NCBI RefSeq assembly: GCF_963921235.1
Contig: NC_086097.1
Coordinates: 120,158,001-120,222,000, forward strand
Direction of reading: 5' to 3'
DNA length: 64,000 bases
Source: Mobula hypostoma
Lineage: Eukaryota
Position numbers and translations under genes: made by a program
Shown: piece after piece, positions 38,880 to 50,569 of the stretch
Layout of the letters: every line of letters starts with the position of its first letter
Position numbering within the stretch: the stretch's first letter is position 1
Notes under the pieces: model-generated
Databases searched by the model: none
What the model was told of the DNA's origin: nothing
The model's input: only the letters and a program-made list of their open reading frames with translations

Positions 38880-39777
38880 ACAATGATGAGGTGGGGTACA
38901 GAGAACAAGTGGAGCAGCTGGTGGATTGGTGTCAGAGGAACAACCTAAGCCTGAATGTGGAGGTGACCAGGGAAATCACTGTGGACTTCAAGAAGGTGCA
39001 AACAAACCATTCCCTAACACTTTTGTGAAAACAGGACTGCTCTGTAGAGACAGTTAAGTGCACCAAATTCCTGGGTGTTCATATCATAGATGACTTCACC
39101 TGGTCTCTTAATATCACCTCGCTGAACAAGAAAGCACAGTAACACCTTCACTTCCTAAGAAGATTGAGACAAGCAAGGTTCACCACCTCCCATCTCAACT
39201 GCATTTTACAGAACACCATTGAGAGCATCCTGACAAGTTGCATCTCCATCTGGAATGGGAGTAGTTGAGCATCGGACCAGAGGACTGAGTAAACAGCTGA
39301 GAGGATCATAGTCGTCCCTACCATCCATTGGGGACATTTATCAGGAGCACTGCATACACAGGGCCTTTAGTATTATTAAGGATCGCAGCTATCCATCCAG
39401 CATCCTCTTTGACTTTCTACCATCAGGCAGGAGAACACGATGCATAAAAGCAAGAATGGTTAGAATGAGAAACAGTTTCTTCCCCCAGGCCATTAGGCTT
39501 CTGAACACCCGACCACATCATATTTGAAGTGTCACTGGTTAATCTGTTCTGTACCTTACAGTATTTAATATTAATGCCCTTTAGTTTTTTATTTATGTGT
39601 GATTCATCTGTAGATTTTATCCTTACCTTCATAAGTTATCGTGAGTTATGTCTGTTATGTATACTACTATGCTTTACACACTGCTCCAAAAACGTTGTCT
39701 CATTTCTATATACATAATATGGTTCTATACATTACATGTATATAGTTAAATAACAATAAACTTGACTTGACTTGACT
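38880..39777 (+). mobile_element. Rex1/Babar-type LINE 3' portion
   Basis: LVDWCQRNNLSLNV...TVDFKK and IESILTSCISIW translations; (CTTGA)n tail. Confidence 0.85.
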
Positions 39778-40705
39778 AGTGAGGTAGTGTTCATAGGTTC
39801 AATATCCATTCAGAAATTGGATGGAAGAGAGGAAGAAGCTGTTCTTGAATCACTGAGTATGTGCCTTCATGCTTCTGTACCTCCTTCCTGATGGTAACAC
39901 AAGGGGGGAAAAAAGCATCTCCTGGGTGATGGAAGCCCTAAATAATCGATGCTGCCTTTTTGAGGTACCCTTCTTTGAAGATCTCCTGCATTCTACAGAG
40001 GCTAGTATCCATGATGGAGCTAACTAATTTTACAAATTTCAGCAGCTTACTTTGATCCTGTTCAGTAGTCCACCTACACCAGATGTGGATGCAGCTATTC
40101 AGAATGTTCTCCATGATACATCTATAGAAATTTTTGAGTGTTTTTGGTGACATACCAAATTTCCTCAAACTCCCAATGAAATATACCTGCTGTTGACCGC
40201 TGCATCGATATTTTGGATTGATTTGTAATATATGATTAATCTAGGATCAACGTAAAAGGGCACCTGATAGTCAGCACATACTTGCTAAACTGTTTCCCTG
40301 CTATATTATGTGTCTGTGCATATTAGATGTGCTAAATGCTTTCCAGGACAAAATCATCTCAGGAGTATTTCAAAGTTCAAAATAAATTATATTATCACCA
40401 TATATAACCCTGAGATTCATTTTCTTGTGGGCATACTCATCAAATCTATAGAATAGTAACTATAACAGGATCAATGAAAGATCAACCAGAGTGCAGAAGA
40501 CAACGAACTGTGCTTGGACAAGATGGCGCCTGTGATCATCAGCGACTTTCTGTGGGCTACAGAAAAATGTTCCAAAATTCCTCTTAAGTATTCTTCTTCT
40601 GTATTTGAATAAATCTGTGGCTTCTTAGCTGTTTATGGCCTCGCAGCACCTTTGGAAAACATGGACAATGTTTTCAGAAAAATTGTAATCTGGCAGGCAA
40701 CTTAC

Positions 40706-40887
40706 TTTTTGTCATTCTCTGTCACTGATCCTATCATCAGACTTGGCTCAAAGTCCACTCCGTCAATCTTTCCAAGAGCATAATTTCCATGCTGCTGGTA
40801 AGGCAGGATTGGCTCATAGTGCTCCCGAAAACAGAGCAGAGAAGCAGACAAGCAAAGACAAGACAGCATTTTCTGAGTTGAAACACA
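40706..40887 (-). CDS. Candidate 182-nt coding exon of an unidentified host gene
   Basis: Acceptor agcttttcttcag, donor AA|gtaagt. Single open frame CVSTQKMLSCLCLSASLLCFREHYEPILPYQQHGNYALGKIDGVDFEPSLMIGSVTENDK with no repeat similarity seen. Confidence 0.4.
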
Positions 40888-40924
40888 CTGAAGAAAAGCT
40901 AACATGCAATATGAAAATGGGTAT

Positions 40925-41905
40925 AAAGGGGATAAAGGGGAAGCCTTTTAGGACCGAGATGAGGAAAAACTTCTTCACACAGAGAGTGGTGAATCTGTGG
41001 AATTCTCTGCCACAGGAAACAGTTGAGGCCAGTTCATTGGCTATATTTAAGAGGGAGTTAGATATGGCCCTTGTGGCTAAAGGGATCAGGGAGTATGGAG
41101 AGAAGGCAGGTACAGGGTTCTGTGTTGGATGATCAGCCATGATCGTACTGAATGGCGGTGCAGGCTTGAAGGGCCGAATGGCCTACTCCTGCACCTATTT
41201 TCTATGTTTCTATGTTTCTATGTTATCTACATATCTATAGAGGTGTACAAGATGATAAAAGGCATAGATTGAGTCGACAGCCAGAGACGTTTTCTCAGGG
41301 CAGAAATATCTAATACGGAATGCAGCATCATTTTAAGGTGCTGGGGGATATCAGAGTTAGGGTTTATGTTTACACAGTTAGTGGTGGATGTGTGGAACAC
41401 ACTTCAAGAGGTGATGATAGATGCAAATGCATTAGAGGTATTTAAGAAACTCTTAGATAGTCACATGGATGGTAGAAAAATGTAGGATTATGTAGGAGGG
41501 AATGGTTAGATTGATATTACATATAGGTACAAGGTTGGCACAGCATTATCGCCTGTGGCTTGCCATAGAGCATTAGGATTCTGGGTTTCTCAAGCATATA
41601 TTTTGACTAATTGTTTGAACTGTTAAGCCCAGGTGCTTTCAGTTTTATCTTGTCAAGTTAAATCCAGCACGTTTCCCAAATTCCATGTTTATCTAAAGGG
41701 GACTCTGGTGATGCTCTGGAGTATTTGTGGAGAATGATGTGCCTCGTGGTCATACTTCCGATGCCCTGTTGATATTCCTGTACCTAAGCTCTTGTTTCTG
41801 ACTCTTCATGTGGATTCTGCCATGCTCCCAGCCCTGCGAGAGTGCACCATCACAATCGTGGGCTGAATGGCCTGTACTGTGATGTAGTGTTCTATGTTCT
41901 ATGTT
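40925..41905 (+). mobile_element. Two CR1 3' ends (40925-41222 with (ATGTTTCT)n tail; 41230-41905, interrupted at about 41547-41850)
   Basis: FRTEMRKNFFTQRVVNLWNSLP and CR1 UTR GGGCCGAATGGCCTACTCC. Confidence 0.85.
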
Positions 41906-43621
41906 CACTTTACATAAACAAATTCAGCAATAGCAAACCAAAATCAGGAAGTACTAAAGCTGTGATTAGTAATCTGGATAGTGTATACATTTCTGTCTTC
42001 TGTTCAGAGTGAATGGTTCTGCTGACAAAAGCAAGCAGTCTGTCTATTTTGGCTACATCTTCTCTGTATTGTACATCAACCATGAGTGATCTCTATACAA
42101 CCACATCCAGATCCTATTCTTTCTCAGTTGTTTTCAATATCATTTCCTGGAAAGGATAAATATCTTCCTTTGCCAATACTATGTCTATTTGTCACATCAT
42201 ATTTTTCTTGCTCAAATGACATTGTGATTTATACTCAATAACCTTACTAACAATGCCCAGGGATTTAACTAAATAACTCACAAGGACAAAACATAACCCT
42301 GGTTTAGATCCAGATGGATAAACAAGAATGTGCTTATTTCATGAAGGTTATTTTAATAAAAAACTAATTTACTGATTTATCACTCATGCATTTATACTTA
42401 TATCCAATGACACATTTTATTCCTTGCCAATTTTTCCTAAGCAACGCACGCAGGATGTTATTTATGTAAAATATTATCCATTTACTCCTTTCAAATTTAC
42501 TCCTTCATTAAATTTGAAGTTTGCACTTAACGCTATCCTTTCATTTAGGCCACCTCAAAAAAGTTTTACAATGAGGTATTTTGTACTTAGCTCTATATTC
42601 AGCTTTGTTTCTCTAAGTAAATTGAGGGAGAAATAAAACAAGAACTTAATTTTTTCTCCTCAAAATGTTATTTTACAATAATACAAGGTGTAATTTTAAA
42701 TGTCTTCTCCATTACCTTCATTAGATGATCAAAGACATGTGTTCACATCTTCAATTCTCTATGTCAGGTAATAAGCAATTAGACTCAAACTGTAATAATG
42801 GTGACAGGAGCATAGGTGTGACAGAGAGCACTTGGTAAATGCACTCCTTATTCGTGTACATTTTCACACACACAAACATTGTCCTGTCATTCTGCTGAGT
42901 GTGCATCCTTCAATGCCTTCCCCCGGTATATTCTCATAATGTGTCCTAAAGGTTCCTTTCCTGCTATTTCTCGTGCAATATTCCATTTCTTTAGAAATGG
43001 GTATCTGTAAATTTTTTATGTTGTTTATGTAGATACTTCTGTTTATTTTGTAATATGATTGCAACTACATTGTGGGGTGCATCATTTTCTAATTCATGTG
43101 CAGACTTAAATTAACTTTGTGGGTAATTAATGATGGGATGTCCTGGTGCCTAATAAGTGGGGTGGTTTGCTCTGAGTAGCAGAGAGAGAGATCAAGCTGC
43201 AAGGGGTTCACACTGGACAAAGTATTGGGCTGTTACTGTGTTTTCTGGTAGATATCCTTTTGTAGATATTGGCAGTTTTCTTTTCACCAGTTTCACTGAT
43301 GTTTGCAAGTTTGATCTTTGACACACCTAATAAACATCCTTGCACTAAAGTGCTTTGCGACATCAGTCATTTTTTCCTTTGGACATAACCCACGTATCCA
43401 ACATCAGAATTTGATGTGGTCAACAATAGTTATAATTTATATTTATAAAGGACCAATAATAAAGGAAAACATCCTAAGATGCATGTCTTTCAGAAATAAA
43501 AATAAGAGTCTTGGCAGAGTAATCAAGACTTACACTATCTCAATTTGGTGAAGTTGAAAATCTATATACACCATACATTTTAAAGTAAAGTTCTGAAGTA
43601 TTCACTATTGGACTAAAATGA

Positions 43622-44180
43622 TGTAATGACCTGGGAAAGGTTTCCCTGCTAATGTAAAGTTTCTTCTGTAGCGCAGTGTTTGGGTTATGACTAGAGATAA
43701 CGGGGGCTTTGGAATGTGCACTGGCCAATGAGGGGAGATGTTTCCCTTTCTTGTGTGGCCAAGCAAAGGTTCTGGGGGCTTTTGTTCAGCAGAAGATGGA
43801 GGGAGAAGAATCCAGAATGGGGAAGTTGTGGTCTGAAAGATGGAGTGAACTTGGCATGGGGGCGGAAGTAGACGACTGGAGGGAAGATCGATGGAGAATG
43901 AACAAACAGGAAAGCCGTGAGCTCCAACATTGCACATTAGACTGTTTCATGAGAATGGGACCTTTTTCTTTTTTGTTTCTTTACTAACCCTATAGTCAAA
44001 TTAAGAATTATAAAGCTCAATCATTTAATTGCATATTTTGTACTGTTTGTTATTTCATTGTACTGATTTGTAACAGGGGAACACATCATGCATCATCCAC
44101 CCAACAAGATTATTCAAGTTTGGCTGGGCCAGAGGCTGCCTTCCCCTTGATTAAGCCACTAGCCACACCTGAGGGTTACA
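43622..44180 (+). repeat. 5' LTR (559 bp)
   Basis: TGTAAT...GTTACA; aligns with 49670-50207. Confidence 0.93.
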
Positions 44181-44184
44181 ATTG

Positions 44185-44203
44185 TGGGGGTATTGTTCGG
44201 GAT
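44185..44203 (+). promoter_or_regulatory. Degenerate tRNA-Pro primer-binding site
   Basis: TGGGGGTATTGTTCGGGAT versus canonical TGGGGGCTCGTCCGGGAT, immediately 3' of the LTR. Confidence 0.7.
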
Positions 44204-44279
44204 TGACTTCGTTGGATGCTGTGTGATTACCCTGCGCATTGAACCAGTGTGGTAGATATTCACACTCCAGATGAATCGT

Positions 44280-45300
44280 TAATTCGCCTGTCAAGTACTG
44301 TTAAAGTTGTGATTGTGGGCGGAGGTTTGATAAAATAGTGGGCACAGCTCTCGTTTTAATGCAGACCAGCGTTGACATAGCGGTTGCTGTGGGCAGAGAT
44401 TTCAAAGGCAGGGTTCTATCATTTCTGAGGAGTGAGGGAAAGGAGTGGTCAGATTTGGAATGTCTAATTCCCTGGTTCCGGTGGTTGGAAGAGGAAGTTG
44501 GTAGAAAAGATGTTGAAGCTGGAAATTGTCTTTTCCACTGATGAGTTTGATGTGGGTTTTTCCAGGAGCACTTGCCACACTATTTGGGTGACCAAGGACA
44601 CCCCATTTAGAGATGGAGTACCCATCCCCCATGAGAGAGTGAGAATTCTGAGATAGCATCCATCTTTACCTCTCTGGTGAATAAATGGAAAAATGCGCAA
44701 GTTCAAAGTCTCAATTATGGTAGGCTCTGCCTACTCTCTGGAATAACGACCATCCCTAAAGGGGAAGAGGTATATGAGACTTGAGTGGAGCAGGCCTCTC
44801 AGTTTTTAGATGAGTGGCAGAATTCTGATGACGTAAGGTGACAGAAATTGGTTGAGAGTTTGGGTGGGCGGGCTGCAGACATTATGAGAGCCATCAGGTT
44901 GTGGTATCCCCTAGCAACTATGAGCAATTACATACGAGCACTGGAAAATGCTTTTGGCGCGACAGGAAGCCCAATAGAGCTCACGGCAGGGTTTCAGAAC
45001 ATGTGTCAGGAGAAGGGGGAGAATCTTTCTGCTTACATTTTTCAGCTAGAGAGACAGCTAAGTTGCTAGAGGCACAGAGGGGTCATTCAGGCAAATGTGG
45101 TGGATCAGTTAAGAGTGGACCAGATAGCCAGGGCGCTCAGTCCCAGGATATGATTGCTTGGGGTCACCGACAGTCTTGTAAGACACATCCCCCCCTCACC
45201 TTTTGTTCAGCTGATCAGAGAGATACGGGAAGAGGAGAACGCGTCAGAGGCACGGGAGGGTTCAGTCAGCTGGGTCCAGTACTCGATAATGGTCTCCTGC
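44280..45300 (+). pseudogene. PNMA-family-like Gypsy gag, disrupted
   Basis: Y.RL..SG..T.PKGEE.YE...EQA...L.EW, then LVESLGGRAADI...YIRALENAFG...QEKGENLSAYIFQLE; several stops. Confidence 0.8.
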
Positions 45301-45383
45301 GGTGAAGTGACCACTGATAGCCTGCCCCGGGGAGCGGTAGAAGAGATTGTGGGTTCTCTGGTTCCAGTGGTTGGACGAGGAGG

Positions 45384-48300
45384 TTGATAGAGAAGATGTT
45401 GAAGCTGGAAATTGTCTGTTCCACTGATGAGTTTGATGTGGGTTCTTCCAGGAGCACTTGCCACACTATCTGGGTGACGAAGGACACCCCATTTAGAGAG
45501 AGGTCATGGAGACTGGCCCCTGCAGAGGTGGAAGATGATTGTCAGCATTTATGTAAGTTGAAGGAAGCTGGGATCATCATTGAGTCCCAAAGCCCCTATG
45601 CATCCCCAATAGTAGTGGCCCGGAAGAAGAACAGGAAGGTACGCATGTGTGTAGACTATAGTACTCTGAACAGGTGCACTGTGCTGACCAGTATACAGTC
45701 CCAAGCATCGAAGACATGCTGGCTTGTCTGAGTGGTGCGAAGTGGTTCAGTGTGCTAGACTTGAGGAGTAAATATTACCAGGTCCCCATGAATGAGACTG
45801 ACAAAGAGAAGACAGCATTTACTATATATGTCCCCTGGGATTCTTCCAGTTTGAAAGGATGCCCTAGGACATATCGGGAGGCCCTGCAAACTTCCAGCAG
45901 GTCATGGAGAAGACAGTGGGGGATATGAACTTGCTTGATGTATTGGTATATCTGGATGACCTCAAAGTATTTGGATCCACCTTGAAAGAACATGAAGAGA
46001 GGTTACTGAAGGAGCTGGGCTGCCTGAAAGCTGAAGGGTTAAAACTTTCCCTAGACAAGTGCCAGTTCTGCAAAACATCTGTTAGCTATGTTGGACACAT
46101 AGTCTCCGATGATGGAGTAACTGCAGATCCAGCTAAGACAGAGGCAGTGACCACTTAATCAAGACCCCAGATTGTGAGCACTATACGCTCGTTCCCCAGA
46201 TTCTATGGATACTATCGGAGGATCATGAAGGGCAATGCGAAAGTGAGACACCCGTTGAATCAGCTTCTTTGCGGTTACCCTCCCTTGGGGAAGAAAGGCA
46301 GGGGGGGAATTGTCAGGAGGGTGGAGTGTAACTTAGCCCATCGGAGCCCTTTGGACTGAGGTGAGCTGTATACTGTGAGGAGGCTTTTCAGTCGCTGAAG
46401 GACCTGCTGACCCAGGTGCCGGTGCTGGCTTTTGCGGATCCCCAATTGCCGTATGTACTGCACATGGATCCCAGCCGAGAGTGTTTAGGGGGAGTCACGT
46501 ATCAGAATCAAGGCAATGGCTTGAGATCCATTGCATTTGTCAGCCAGAGTCTGTCATCCTCGGAGAAAAGGTATTCACACACAAGTTGGAATTTCTGGCA
46601 TTGCAATGGGCAGTGGTGGATAAGCTGAGTGATTACCTCTGTGGGGCCAAGTTTGAGGTGAGGACTGACAACAACCTCTAACATGTATCTTGACCATGGT
46701 GAAACTGGATGCCACAGGGCATCGGTGGTTGGCAGTGTTGTCTGCCTATGATTTCAGCCTGAAGTACCGGCTGGGGAGCAGGAGCATTAATGCTGATGCT
46801 TTGTCCCGACGAGCGCATGAGGAACTGGTCAGGGACGAGGAGTGGGAGAGTGTACCTGCCCCGGGGGTGAAGGCCCTGTGTCAGTTTGCCATCACCATGA
46901 AGGCAGAGTGAAAGGAGGGGCAGGATTAAGCAGTGGATCAATTGGGGGCTTCTGATGACACCATTCCCCTAGTTTACTGTAACCCGACAGCACTGAAGAC
47001 AAATCAGCTGCCAGAATTGAGTTCTGGGGAAGTGGCAGCTGCTCAGCGAGATGATCCGGGCATTGGTACCATTTGATCAGCAGTCGAAAAGGGAGACATG
47101 GCTCAGGCAGAGAAGACGAAACATGCGGCGGAGCCTCCATTACTGAGAGAATGGGCTTGGTTGCAGTTGCAGAACCAGATCCTATACCAGGTCACGTCAC
47201 CTCCAGACCGACCTCAGTGTTGCCAGCTGGTTCTGCTGGAGAATTATCGGAGGACGGCGTTGAAGTCACTTCATGATGATTCTGGACATTTGGGGGTTGA
47301 GAAGACCTATGGATTGCTCAGAGATCAGTTTTACTGGCCCCGAATGAAATTGGAGGTCGAAGAATACTGCGAGTCATGCATTTGATGTGTATGCCGGAAG
47401 ACGCTGCCTGTGCAGGCAGCTCCCTTGTCCCACCTCAAAGGTTCAAAGGTACAATTTAATGTCAGAGAAATGTATACGATATACATACTGAAATGCTTAT
47501 TCTTTGTAACTATCCATGAAAACGGAGGAGTGCCCCAAAGAATGAACGACAGTCAATGTTAGAACTCCAAACTCTCTCCCAGCTCCCCCCTCCTGAGTGT
47601 AAGCGGCAGCGAGCAACAATCCCCCCTCCCCCTACTGGCAAAAAAAAGCATCGGCTCCCGTCACCGAGCACTCAAGCGTGAGCAAAGCAATAGCAAAGAC
47701 ACAGACTTGCAGTTACCCCAAACTTGCAGTCTCACCCCGTGTTCGACATACTGCAGGTTCTCTCTCTCCTTAATAAGGGAGAAAGAGGTGTCGCCATTTT
47801 CCCAGCGAATGGGGAGACATAACAAACAACTTGCTGGTTTACGATGTTAAAAGTCCGTTATGTTGCTTTTTTCGAGCTCTGTGCCTGAAGATCGCAAAGA
47901 TCCCGGGTCTCCAGGCACACAGCAGATATCTTGACTCCCCCGATGACACATGGGTTTCCTCTCGTGACACTGACCCTCAATCTGCCCATCTCCAGAGCAC
48001 CGAGCTCTTAGGCTTTTGAATTCAATCCAGACTCTTAGGCCGAGTCCTTGTTGTGCCGAACAACAGCCAGTTATGGAACCCTGAGAGCAGGTCCCATTCC
48101 CACAAAGAACCAAAGTGCGTGTGTAACTCCAGGTCAGTGTCTTCCAAAGAACCCTGAAAGGGAAAATAGAGATATTAAAGATTGAAATAGAGCTGTTTCC
48201 AAAGATGCAAGGAAAGGATTCGCCATTGGGAACCATTAACTCTCCTAAGCTCCGCCTTCAAAATAAAAAGAGTGCGGGGTCCCTGGACCTAGTGTGTATG

Positions 48301-49060
48301 GATTTCCTGTCAATAGAACCTGATGCCAGCAACATGGCAAATGTCTTAGTCATCTCAGACCACTACGCCAGATGTGCACAGGCTTTTCCTACCAAGAACC
48401 AGAGGGCGTCCACGGTGGCCAAAGGATTTTGGGAGAAGTATTTCATTTATTATGGGCTTTCCCAGGCAGGTACATAGTGATCAGGGACGGGATTTCGAGA
48501 GCAGACTCATCCATGAGTTACTGGGCATGCTTGGAGTTGAGAAGTCGAGGATCCCCAGACTGAGAGGTTCGATCGGACTTTGCTAGACATGCTCGGGATA
48601 TTGGAGATGAGCAAGAAGAGCAGGTGGAGTCAACAGAGTGGACACCTGGTCCACAATTACAACTGTACCCCAAATGAAGCTACCGGGTACTCGCCATGTT
48701 ATCTGATGTTTGGGCGCGAGGTGAGGATGCCCATTGACCTTTGTTTTGGGACTGATGATGGCGACTTACCACCGAAGACTTATCTGAAGTATATGTCTGA
48801 CATGAGAAGAGAGCTGAAAAGGGCTTATGAATTAGCTGGGGTCATGGCTGCCAAGCAGAATCAAGGGAATAAGAGGAGGTATGATCAAAACGTTAGGTTC
48901 TGTCAACTCCAGCCAGGAGACCAAGTCCTGAGAAACATAAGTTAGCTGACCGCTGGGCAGCTACGCCCTATGTGGTGGAGAGTCAGATGCCAAACCTACC
49001 AGTTTTCCGGGTGAAACCAGAGGATGGGAATGGGCCTGTCAAGATTCTCCATTGGAACCA
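45384..49060 (+). pseudogene. Gypsy pol remnant (RT, RNase H, integrase), frameshifted
   Basis: SPYASPIVV.RKK...RMCVDY; LDLR..YYQ; VYLDD; KLEFLAL.WAV; GHLGVEKT...FYWP; DLVCMDF; HSDQGRDFES; GYSP.YLMFGR. Confidence 0.92.
47436..48268 (-). mobile_element. Non-coding retroposon (about 830 bp) inserted in the Gypsy integrase
   Basis: Integrase APLSH|...|SAGSLDLVCMDF is split; the insert ends on the minus strand with ATTAAA..CCTTTGAACCTTTG, a LINE-type tail. Confidence 0.75.
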
Positions 49061-49655
49061 CCTGCTGCTCTGGGACAAGAGGTGCAGGTAGACCCAGAGC
49101 CCGACTTGGAGCCTACACCTAGTAAGAAGACTCTGTGGAAACACAGGGTGACTGCAGGGCCCACAGCAAGAGAGGTTAGGCTGGCACCCACCCCTGACAG
49201 GGATTACTGTTTTGCAGGATAAGGACCTGGATGTGGGGTAGATGCTGCCTTTTGCTAACTCCCCATTGATTGAGGAAGAGACTCCCAGCCCTTCTTCCGC
49301 TGAGTCAGGTGAAATTAGGTGGGCTATCTGTGGACAGCCTGGGTTGCAGTGGGACCCGGCAAGGAATGAAGCGGGGCTTGACCATGGGACAGAGTGGTCT
49401 GAGTTGCCGGTGGGCACAAGTAAGAGGCCAGGGGAGGCCTTGCCAGGTCGAGCAGAAGTATCCCCAGCAGTGTCGGATCCTGAAAAGTTAGATGAGGTGG
49501 AAACGGAGGTCTCGGAAAATTAAGAGACCACTGGATAGGCTGGCCCCTACCATTTTGGGGAGCTATGGCACTGCCTTTTACACCTGGGTTGGACTTGGTG
49601 TTTTGTAGGAAGGGTTGGCAAATTATCTCAAAATCACAAGGACATGACCATATTT

Positions 49656-49669
49656 GGTGGGGGGGAAAG
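49656..49669 (+). promoter_or_regulatory. Polypurine tract
   Basis: GGTGGGGGGGAAAG abutting the 3' LTR. Confidence 0.85.
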
Positions 49670-50207
49670 TGTAACTATCTGGGAAAGGTTTCCCTGGTCA
49701 TGTAAGGGTTTCTCTGTAATGCAGTGTTTGGGTTATAACGGGGGCTTTGGAATGTGTGCTGGCCATTGAGGGGGATGATTTTCTTTCTTGTGTGCCCGAG
49801 CAAAGGTTTTGTGGGCTTTTGTTCGGCGGAAGATTGAGAAAGAAGATTTTCAGAATGGGAAAGTCGTAGTCTGCTAGACGGAGTGGACTTGGAATGTGGT
49901 CGGGACTCGACGACCGGTGGGGGAACGAACAGACGGGAAAACCGTGAGTTCCAACATTGCACATGAGACTGTTTCATGAGAATGGGCACTTTTTCTTTTT
50001 TGTTTCTTTACTAACCCTATTGAAAAATTAACAATTATAAAGCTCAATCGTTTAATTGCATATTTGTATTGTTTGTTATTTCATGGACCTGATTTGTAAC
50101 AGGGGAACACATCACACAGCATCCACCCAAACAAGATTACTCAAGTTTGGCTGGGCCGGAAGCTGTCTTCATCCAGATTAAACCACGAGCCGAACCTGAG
50201 GGTTACA
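49670..50207 (+). repeat. 3' LTR (538 bp)
   Basis: TGTAAC...GTTACA; aligns with 43622-44180. Confidence 0.93.
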
Positions 50208-50569
50208 ATGTTAAAAGTTACATTGTTGTGTACATTAACAGGACCATATTGCTAAGGAAAACTAAAAAAATGACATATCTGTTTAGAAGCTGTTCTGGTA
50301 TTTATGTATGACCTTCAGCAGGTCAAATATCTAATTAAATGCATTGGAGATAAACACCTTCCTTAATTTCACATGTTTACTGTCTCCTGACAAACAAAAT
50401 GTTCTACTGCAAGGTTAATAGAACTATAGTAAATGCTCAAGCAATTTCACAACATCGTCTATTCTCTTCGAAGCATTTCTCTTAGATGTCATTGGGAAAT
50501 TCTCTTTTTCTCTTCTTTGATCTGACATGTGCTTTCTTAAACCTCTTGTCAAAATATGTTTATAAGATC

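Larger units (their letters stand above)
38053..40195 (-). mobile_element. Rex1-type 3' end hosting two nested elements (38091-38750 and 38880-39777)
   Basis: Tail at 38053-38090, body resumes at 39778; ORF 39938-40168 (LKNFYRCIMENILNSCI). Confidence 0.7.
43622..50207 (+). mobile_element. Complete but inactivated Ty3/Gypsy LTR retrotransposon with PNMA-like gag
   Basis: Two TG...CA LTRs, PBS, PPT and gag-RT-RH-INT order; flanks ATGA / ATGT (decayed 4-bp TSD). Confidence 0.95.

Noticed and set aside
42880..43004. Possible terminal exon YPFLKKWNIAREIAGKEPLGHIMRIYRGKALKDAHSAE*
   Set aside because: Poor polypyrimidine tract, no recognised homology, and a stop upstream of the other candidate exons.
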